A program made the translations under genes and the position numbers. Source: Balanoglossus misakiensis (taxonomy: Eukaryota; Animalia; Hemichordata). From it: a stretch of DNA of 64,000 nt. Position 1 is the first letter of the stretch. The number at the start of each line of letters is the position of its first letter. Positions 56,001 through 64,000 of this stretch are shown here, piece after piece. The DNA lies in NCBI GenBank assembly GCA_040954595.2, contig CM082588.2, positions 9,718,844-9,782,843 on the forward strand, in the 5' to 3' direction. The notes under the pieces were generated by a model that saw nothing but the letters and a program-made list of their open reading frames with translations, had not been told where the DNA came from and searched no databases.

Positions 56001-57245
56001 TGTCCAAAAGCACTGTACTTTAACATTGCTAATGCAACGATGACATTGAATCTGATTCTTTGCATCAGGGTAAATGGCGAAGCAAGGTTGATGATGCATC
56101 AGGGTAGATAGTGATGCAAGCTCTGCACTTTGACATGGGTATAAAATGCCTACAGGGGGATTTAAAGTTGTCTGTAAATCCCTGGGTTAATACGTGGCGG
56201 AAAGCACTGTACTTTGACATTGCATATGCAATGGTGACATTGAATGGGATTCTTTGCATTAGGGCAAATGGCGAAGCAAGCTCAATGATGCATCAGAGTA
56301 GATGGTGATGCAAACTTTGCACTTTCACATGGGTATTTAATGTTAAATGTAAATCCATAGGTTAATACGTGGCCAAAAGCACTCTAATTTGACATTGCTA
56401 ATGCAACGATGACATTGAATCTCATTATTTGCATCAGGGCAAATGGCGAAGCAAGGTTGATGATGCATCAGGGTAGATAGTGATGCAATCACTTCACTTT
56501 GACATGGGTATTAAATGCATATGGGGATTTCAAGTTGATGATAAATCCCTGGGTTAATACGTGTCCAAAAGCACTGTACTTTGACATTGCTAATGTAACG
56601 ATGACATTGAATCTGATTCTTTGCATCAGGGTAAATGGCGTAGCAAGCTTTATGATGCATCAGGGTAGATAGTGATGCAAACACTTCACTTTGACATGGG
56701 TATTAAATGCATATGGGGATTTCAAGTAGATGATAAATCCCTGGGTTAATACGTGTCCAAAAGCACTGTACTTTGACATTGCTAATGCAACGATGACATT
56801 GAATCTGATTCTTTGCATCAGGGTAAATGGCGAAGCAAGGTTGATGATGCATCAGGGTAGATGGTGATGCAAACTCTGCACTTTCACATGGGTATTTAAT
56901 GTTAAATGTAAATCCATAGGTTAATACTTGGCCAAAAGCACTCTAATTTGACATTGCTAATGCAACGATGACATTGAATCTGATTCTTTGCATCAGGGCA
57001 AATGGCGAAGCAAGGTTGATGATGCATCAGGGTAGATAGTGATGCAATCACTTCACTTTGACATGGGTATTAAATGCATATGTGGATTTCAAGTTGATTG
57101 TAAATGCCCAGTTTAATACGTGTCCAAATGCACTGTACTTCGACATTGCTAATGCAACGATGACATTGAATCTGATTCTTTGCAGATGGTGATGCAAGCT
57201 CTGCACTTTGACATAGGTATTTAATGCATATGCATGGGTATTTAA
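35032..57245. repeat. Satellite DNA array, ~22.2 kb, roughly 115-120 monomers of 175/192/194 bp in a 947-bp five-monomer higher-order repeat
   Basis: Periods read from repeated landmarks: 194 (37551-37745), 947 (37551-38498, 43968-44915, 49072-50019-50966), 755, 563, 1520; 194+194+175+192+192=947. Confidence 0.97.
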
Positions 57246-58040
57246 GATGGGTCCCCCGGTTCTTTTTGCTCGTTGCTATGGGCCTTTGTAGGACATTACA
57301 CCCCGATTTGGGCTAAGCCGTTTTCAGAGTCTAACACGGGGCCGGTAACTAGTTGAAAATCTGCACGATTGTGAGCGCGCGCCCCCTGACGTCATTGATA
57401 TGCAAATTAGTTAGGTCAAATTTCAAAAGCCTAAGGCTTTTTATTCCGTGACCTCAAAAACGAACTTGATACGTATTCATTAGTTGCTTGAACCAGGGAA
57501 GATCGTGACGGATTTTGATTTCGAATATTATCGTTGTATCCTACGATTTCAGCATACCCGTACCACACCTGAAAAAGTCATCGATTTTGGGTGATTTTGG
57601 ACACACTCTTCCACCGGTATCGCTTCTTAGCACGACGAAAACCGAAAAAACGATCCGTCACACTGTGCGGAAGTGCGTTCTCAACAAGCAGGTCAAATTT
57701 GACTGGCGTACGTGGCCTATGAAAAAAGCCTGAGGGATTTTCGTGAACGGTACAAAATCTCTGTGTACAAAACATTGGATTTTTAGCGTTCGATCCAGTT
57801 ACTCTGGTTACAGGACGCGCATGCCATCGCTGACCGCTGCTTTGCCGTATTAGCGTGGCGGCCTATGACCGGGCGGTAGCTGCCGTAAACATACTCGGAC
57901 AGGGGGTGTGCACACAATCGTGTGTATTTTTAACAAGTTACAAGCCCCTTGTCGGACGTTCATAATGGTTTCGATCAAAATTGAGTGTAGTGTCCCATAA
58001 AGGCCCATAGCAACGAGCAAAAAGATACGGGGGACCCATC
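57246..58040. mobile_element. Non-autonomous DNA transposon, Kolobok-like (795 bp)
   Basis: TTAA on both sides (57242-57245, 58041-58044); ~50-60 bp imperfect TIRs GATGGGTCCCCCG..TCTTTTTGCTCGTTGCTATGGGCCTTT; 5'-GA...TC-3' ends fit Kolobok (RR..YY) rather than piggyBac (CC..GG); no transposase ORF. Confidence 0.82.
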
Positions 58041-58092
58041 TTAAAGCATGTTGAGATTTATCGTGTAATGTGCTATATAAGTAATAAATATT

Positions 58093-58208
58093 GTGTACAA
58101 TAACACTTGTTTTATTGGAGTTTAAATGGAGCTGGGATCGAGGATGTGGGAGTTGGTCCTGGGACGAGGCTACCTCGTGGTTTTTTGCCCAGACGGACAG
58201 CGGACATT
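58093..58208 (+). repeat. Split direct repeat A1
   Basis: GTGTACAATAACACTT...GACGGACAGCGGACATT, nearly identical to 62027-62145. Confidence 0.95.
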
Positions 58209-58280
58209 TTGTATGTCGCTCGCCGAAACTGCTTTAATTTCGATCTTTCCCGGACATACCCCCAATAGTCACCAGTTACA

Positions 58281-59270
58281 ATGTCAGAAGATTACAGCTT
58301 TGTTGAATGGTGTGAAGCGGCGGGTCTTTCAAAAGACACTATCAGCTCACTAACCACCTCCCAGGTCACATCCTCCGAAGTACTGTAGTGCCTCAGCGAC
58401 CAAGACATTGTCGACCTACAACTACACATCGGTCAACATGGACTGCTTCGCCAGTTGCGAAACAAACTATGCTCTCAAAAAGCGGAATCCAAGCCCGTGG
58501 ACACGCCGAAGCCCGCCGGCGAGGCCACCAAAGAGGTAACCACACAAGACTTGGCAAAAAACAAGGCACTGAATGGGCTCCTCGAAGCCCTAGGCAACGA
58601 TGCCCTCAAAGACGTCCTGTCCGACCAACCACAGGCCACAAACGCAAAGCCAGCCCCCGGGAAAGGTGAGCGAAAACCCCTACTAATTCCGGACTATGTC
58701 ACCACGAAAAAGGGTTCGTTCGATCAACCAGACGAAACTGAACTGGCGGCCGACGGAGACACAAAATTAGTTATGCGAACAGCAAAACAACGACCGCGAC
58801 CGGACCAAGTTTCACTGCCACAGTGGATATCAGCCAATGCCCGCATTTTAAAGGCACTGATCGCCCGCGGTATGTCCACGGAAGAGACACTGGCATATCT
58901 CGATCATACAATTAATATTGGTGACTACGCTCAATCATTCACAATCCCATCGGTCCTGACTTACGATCATGAGTGCAGGAAAAAGCAGGCTGCCGATTCG
59001 CTCGCGTGGGGAGCCGTAGACCTTCACCTGTCACTCTATCACCTTGATGAGCGGCAAGTCGCGCCTCAGCAAAAATGGAAAAATACCACAGGCAACTCCA
59101 AAGGTCGCAGTTATGATTCGAAAGGCTAGGAAATTTGCTTCGATTTCCAAAACCCACCGGGCTGCAACCGCACCTACTGTCGTTTTGCGCACATATGCAT
59201 CAAGGACGGGTGCCACAAAGATCACCCACAACACCGCCACAAATCGCTAACTTCGAACAATCATGCCTAG
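58281..59270 (+). pseudogene. ORF1/gag-like: SAM-like N-terminus, DIRS/Ngaro gag core, C-terminal zinc fingers; two internal TAG stops
   Basis: Single frame from ATG 58281 with TAG at 58386 and 59127. Core KPLLIPDYV...QWISANARIL...YDHECRKKQA...W; tail ICFDFQNPPGCNRTYCRFAH (CCCH) + ICIKDGCHKDHPQHRH. Confidence 0.85.
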
Positions 59271-61069
59271 GATAAGGTTGCTAGCCCTCTTACTGATCAC
59301 CTGGCAACGTGGAATGATGAACTGGAAAATGACATGGATCGCGACTTCATACTCAACGGTTTAAAATTTGGTTTCGATATCATTACCCCTGGTACCCCTC
59401 TTCAAAACGTGGACAGAAAAAACTATGCGTCATGCTCTGACCCTGCTAATCGCAAGGCAGTCGAGGAACAAATTATCCATGAGGTTGATGTGGGTAATTA
59501 CCGTGTCACAGCGGAGAAGCCTCAAATAATTAGCAGTTTAGGTGCCATCCCCAAGAAAAACTCTGACAAAGTCAGACTCATACACGACTGCAGCCGCCCA
59601 GTAGGAGGCGGTGTCAACGCGTACGCTTCTACTTCAACTTTTAAATATGAAACTATAGATCACGCGGTGCAACTGTGCAAAGTTGGTTCATATCTCGCGA
59701 AAGTGGACTTGAAGTCAGCGTACCGTTCGGTCCCTATAAGCACGGACTCGCAGCGAGCTACAGGTCTCCGCTACAAATTTTCAGGACAGAATACCTCTAC
59801 TTATATGGTGGACACCAGGCTACCATTCGGGCAGCCAAAAGCCCAGAAATTTTCACCCGCATAACGCAAAGCGTCACCAGAATGATGTGCAGAAAAGGGT
59901 ACCAGGCGGTAATTGTTTATCTTGATGATTTTCTGATTATAGCGGACTCCAAATTTGCTTGCGAGCAAGCATTTCTGGCTTTATTACAACTTTTACAGAA
60001 CCTTGGCTTCACAATAAACTGGGACAAAGTGGTAAACCCAACACAGCAGCTGACATTTCTTGGCATAGAGATAAATGCACGCACACGGACGCTTTCCCTC
60101 AATAAGGGCAAATTACAGGACTTGAGCGACCTTTTGCAACACTGGCTTCCTAAGCGGCGAACAACCAAACGCGAACTCCAACAACTACTTGGCAAACTCA
60201 ACTGGGCAGCACGGGTTATTCGCGGCGGACGCACATTTTTGAGACGTCTTATTGACTTGTCAAACTCAGTTTCACAGCAGTCTCATCACATACGCCTTCA
60301 CAGGCACGCGAGAGCGGACATCCAATGGTGGACAAATCTGAGCAAAGTTTTCAATGGTACGGCTTTCTTCATAGAGGAGACTCCGTTGCCCCAACAGGTT
60401 TTCACCACTGATGCATGCGCAATAGCGGGAGCAGGTATTTTCGCGAATGACTGGTTTTATACACAGTGGTCGGCCGACCACCCTATCTTGGCAGACATGC
60501 ACATCAACTTACAGGAACTGTATACAGTCCTGATTGCATGCAGGAGATAGTGTTGTTTCTGGGACAAACGCCACATAGTGGTATATACAGACAATACCAC
60601 AACCATGTACGCCATTAACTCTGGTACATCCCGCAACAAAGCGGCTATGGAATGGCTTCGCGAGTTGTTCTGGCTGTCGGCACTATTTAATTTCCACATC
60701 ACAGCCCGATACGTGAGCACCAAGGACAACAGCGCAGACTCCTTATCGCGTTTACACTCTGCCAAACACTACTTCACAGCAGTGAACCTTCTCGCCAATC
60801 ACCAGCTACACCCGCTAAGAGATTGGTATCGCCATATGACGGATGCTTCTTACTCTCTTCTACTTCAGGGCCTGTGCAGCAACAGTTACACCAGCTGGAT
60901 ATGGACATCGGCAAATACAAGCACGCAGCATATGCAGAATCAACAAAGAAAACATACAGCTCTCAACGTACTGCCTACCTCCGGTTTTGTCTCTACTTCG
61001 GCCTCAGGCCTGTGCCCTGCACGCAACTCACCGTCTGCAGATACATTGTCTTCCTGGCTCGGTCACTAA
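59271..61069 (+). pseudogene. Reverse transcriptase / RNase H ORF with one frameshift and one nonsense codon
   Basis: KVRLIHDCS, KVDLKSAYR, RLPFG(A)AKSPEIF broken by a 1-bp loss in GGG 59829-59831, YLDD at 59918-59929, FLG; RNaseH motifs TDAC, INLQEL, YTDN, NSADSLSR; TAG at 60548-60550 where W is expected. Confidence 0.93.
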
Positions 61070-61869
61070 AACCTAGCAGCCTCCCAGGATATTTGAACAT
61101 TATTAGACTCTTACATGCTGAAGCTGGCTACGCCAACCCTTTAGAGAACAACTGGCTCCTTTGTATTTTGAAGCGGGGCATAGCTAGGACTCACAGGGTC
61201 CCACCCAGCCAAAAACTGCCAATCTCGCCTTCAATACTGAAGGACATTCACTCACACCTGGATCTGTCAATCCCCTTCAATGCCACATTTTGGTGCGCTT
61301 GTCTTTTCGCATTTTTCACCTTCGCCAGAAAGTCAACATTGTTGTTAAAAGATCAAACACTGCCAAATTCCAGTAAGTACTTGCGCAGAGATGATGTGTC
61401 CGTTCACAACGGTCTGGCTACCATTACGGTCCGCCACACAAAAACTATCCAGTATGGCCAACGAGTACTAGAGTTGCCCCTTCAACAAATTGCCAACTCC
61501 TGCCTATGTCCGGTGGCAGCTTTCCACCAGATGCTTCATCTCTCCCCATCAGAGGAACCTCATACCCATTTATTTTCATATCGACCATCAGCCAATGCAC
61601 CCACATCCTGCCCTCAGGTTCTCACTCATTCAAAGTTTACAAAAACACTCAGACTAGTCCTGAGCAATTGTGGCTATAAACCATCCCTGTATTCGGGTCA
61701 TTCATTTCGCAGGGGAGGGGCAACATTTGCGGTGAACTTGGGTATTCCCCCTCTTCTCATCAAATTACAAGGCGACTGGAGCTCAAATGCCTTCAAACGC
61801 TATACTGTCATTTCCTCGGAAACCAAATGTAGAGTCGCCAAATCCCTGGCGTTAGCCTTATCAGATTAG
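60823..61869 (+). CDS. Tyrosine recombinase (phage integrase family) of the retrotransposon, frame intact
   Basis: Catalytic set R (FARKS), K (HTKT), HxxR (GHSFRRGGAT), W (GDWSS) and Y (FKRY); overlaps the RT/RNaseH frame; first ATG only at 60901. Confidence 0.95.
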   Translation: MVSPYDGCFLLSSTSGPVQQQLHQLDMDIGKYKHAAYAESTKKTYSSQRTAYLRFCLYFGLRPVPCTQLTVCRYIVFLARSLKPSSLPGYLNIIRLLHAEAGYANPLENNWLLCILKRGIARTHRVPPSQKLPISPSILKDIHSHLDLSIPFNATFWCACLFAFFTFARKSTLLLKDQTLPNSSKYLRRDDVSVHNGLATITVRHTKTIQYGQRVLELPLQQIANSCLCPVAAFHQMLHLSPSEEPHTHLFSYRPSANAPTSCPQVLTHSKFTKTLRLVLSNCGYKPSLYSGHSFRRGGATFAVNLGIPPLLIKLQGDWSSNAFKRYTVISSETKCRVAKSLALALSD

Positions 61870-61910
61870 TAAGGGCGCTAGCACGCACTGCCTGTGTTGG
61901 GGGTATTGTT

Positions 61911-62145
61911 TGGCGGTTTTCAGGCTATTTAGCCGGTCAACATGAGAAATTAAACTAGTTGACCTTTACCCCCAACACTTGTGTCTGTTTTATTAGTTTG
62001 TTAGTGATAGTAGTGTTGCCATTTAAGTGTACAATAACACTTCTTTTATTGGAGTTTAAATGGAGCTGGGATCGAGGATGTGGGAGTTGGTCCTGGGACG
62101 AGGCTACCTCGTGTTTTTTTTTTGCCAAGACGGACAGCGGACATT
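61911..62145 (+). repeat. B1-A2 junction of split direct repeats
   Basis: B1 (61911-62026) abuts A2 (62027-62145) at GCCATTTAA|GTGTAC. Confidence 0.95.
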
Positions 62146-62265
62146 CCCCACCCTCCCTCCCATTGTTTAAAAAAATACGATAATGTTATTAAAAGTTAAG
62201 AGCTTTATCGTTAGAAGCGCTTTTAGTGTTACATGCTTCGCCTCTGCATTCTGTAATTCCTGTTC

Positions 62266-62382
62266 TGGCGGTTTTTCAGGCTATTTAGCCGGTCAACATG
62301 AGAAATTAAAATAGTTGACCTTTACCCCCAACACTTGTGTCTGTTTTATTAGTTTGTTAGTGATAGTAGTGTTGCCATTTAA
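62266..62382 (+). repeat. Split direct repeat B2 (3' terminus)
   Basis: TGGCGGTTTTTCAGGCTATTTAGCCGGTCAAC...GTTGCCATTTAA, about two differences from B1. Confidence 0.95.
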
Positions 62383-62409
62383 ATATTAATATTATTACAT
62401 AAACGACAC

Positions 62410-63600
62410 TCTTACTTAGCATAGGAATTGGTCAGGTGAACTATATTCGCAGAGCTGACCAATTGTTTAAGTAAAATTCAAGTTGGGTAATATGGACGTA
62501 TTCACATTTACAAACTGTGCTATGTATGGGATAGTGATGTTGCCTAATTTGAACGTCTCCACATTTACTTGAATTCTAGTAGTAGCTAAACAAGGCTGCC
62601 TATAAAAAGATCATTGTGAAACATACACAACACTTTTATTGAGCATGGGAAATGTTAATGAGAACTGTGTTCTCGGAGCTCACAAACAGTGTTATGGGAA
62701 ATTCAAGCTGCTAAACTTGCATGTCTCTACATTTACTGAAATTCTGATTATGAGCTAAATAAGGCAATGTATGGGAATGTCATTTTACCGCATACTGTCA
62801 CACAACATTTCTATTTAGCATGGGAAATAGTCTTAAGAACAGTATTCTCAGAGTTTACAAACTGTGTTATGTGTAGGATATTCAAGTTGCCTAATTGACA
62901 ATTGTTAGCAACCAGTTGTCTTCAAGAAGGTTTGGGGCACCAACCTCAACGTGCTTTATTCTCACTACATTTAGGTACCCAGGTATGCTAGATGGTTTTA
63001 GTGATCTATAAAGTTACCTTGTATATTGAGCAACTGTTAACTTGGAGTGTTGCTCAATGATAGGAAAGTCCTTTGTTCATTTTCAAAGTGAAAACCAAAA
63101 ATGTGAACAAAACACACTGAGTTATGTACGGGATATTGATGTTGCCTAATTTGCATCTCTCCACATTTACTTAAACTCTAAAAGGGAGACAAATGTCGCA
63201 GCAGAGGGAAAATAATTATGCCACACGCAACACATTTATTGAGCATGGGAAATGTTCATGAGAACTGTCTTATGAGAATTCTCAGGGCTCACAAAGTGTG
63301 TTATAGGAAATCTGACAAGGAATCCAAACTGTAACACATACACAACATTGTTATTTAGCCTGGGAAATGGTCCTGAGAACAATATTCTCAGAGTTGACAA
63401 ACTGTGTTATGTGCATTATATTGATGTTGTCTAATTTGTACGCCTGTACATTTATTAATACTCTGACAGTGAGCTTAATAACGCAGCGCCGGCTAAGGTC
63501 ATGTTGCCATGTACACAACATTTTTAATTAGCATAGGTAATGGTCATGATAACTTCATTTGCAGAGCTGTCAAACTGTGTTATGTGAAATTCATGTTGCC
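62410..63600. repeat. Old, degenerate ~173-bp tandem repeat
   Basis: ACAAAC(T/A)GTG at 62510, 62682, 62857; GCATGGGAAAT at 62643, 62818, 63243; a related unit at ~34840-34990. Confidence 0.75.
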
Positions 63601-63604
63601 TTTT

Positions 63605-64000
63605 TCGTGATGATGGCTTGTGGTACACAAGGGTTAACAGCAATCAGCAATTGCTTGTATGAAGGGTATGATGATTGGTTTACAAATGTGAATGGTATAA
63701 TAATGGGCAACACACGTGGAAGGGTTTAATAAACAGTTAACAAATGTGGTGATGGTTTGCGGTAAAATTGAGTGTACACAGATTATAATGGGCCAAACAA
63801 TGAGTATAATAAAGATAATTGCACTGTGCATGTCCCGCACTTTGGCCCCTCACTATTGTATTTTCGACACCCTTACATACCTTTTAATGACGGTGAAGGG
63901 TTTTATGTGAATGGTGTAATAAAGGTTAACAAATGTGGTGATAGCTTTGGTGTACAGGCTGTAAATATTGATAGTAATGACAAAGGTATAATAATAATAA
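63605..64000. repeat. Degenerate repeat homologous to 33320-33800
   Basis: CAGCAAT.GCTT...AGGGTATGAT...AAATGTG.ATGGTATAATAA...GGTTTAATAAA...GGTAAAATT(T)GAGTGTACACAG shared by both blocks. Confidence 0.7.

Larger units (their letters stand above)
58093..62382 (+). mobile_element. Ngaro-type (DIRS order) tyrosine-recombinase retrotransposon, full length, coding-defective
   Basis: Gag-like, RT/RNaseH and YR ORFs on the + strand; split direct repeats A1 58093-58208, B1 61911-62026, A2 62027-62145, B2 62266-62382. Confidence 0.95.

Noticed and set aside
35075-56308. Dozens of 64-65 aa ORFs (MMQALHFDMGIKCLQG... and antisense MQRIPFNV...) as a tandem peptide gene family
   Set aside because: They are translations of satellite monomers; lengths of 194 and 175 are not multiples of three, C/D/E monomers lack the ORF, and variants create stops freely.
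57246-58040. piggyBac assignment for the TTAA element
   Set aside because: Termini are GA...TC, not the CC...GG typical of piggyBac.
58939-60765. Antisense and alternative-frame ORFs inside the retrotransposon (extra methyltransferase or hydrolase gene)
   Set aside because: Short shadow frames with no motifs; no additional domain seen between or after the ORFs.
35032-61869. Repeat array next to an RT and recombinase as a CRISPR-like or retron-like system
   Set aside because: There are no unique spacers; the RT/YR lie in a self-contained Ngaro element whose repeats share no visible sequence with the satellite.

Overview
AT-rich, repeat-dominated animal (probably marine invertebrate) genomic DNA with no prokaryotic features; most ORF-track calls are artefacts of repeats. 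(1) 1-12 kb: three + strand Gln-rich exons resembling the 3' end of Mediator subunit MED25 (the middle exon is disrupted), with LINE remnants and MITEs around them. (2) 12-15 kb: CpG-richer block containing a 5'-truncated LINE. (3) 15.9-32.5 kb: complex array of ~0.85-1.4 kb units related to a Helitron/Helentron-like element end, carrying a Crypton-like double-hairpin insertion and an L2-type tail. (4) 35.0-57.2 kb: a 22-kb satellite of 175/192/194-bp monomers in 947-bp five-monomer higher-order repeats with nested super-repeats. (5) A TTAA-flanked Kolobok-like non-autonomous transposon ending the satellite. (6) 58093-62382: a full-length but mutated Ngaro-type tyrosine-recombinase (YR) retrotransposon with split direct repeats. 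The most interesting signal is that element's inferred expression plan: a SAM-like N-terminal domain on ORF1, ORF1 and RT/RNaseH in one frame separated by a single UAG, and a phase-matched GT-AG intron (58666-60868) that would fuse the SAM-like domain in frame to the recombinase.
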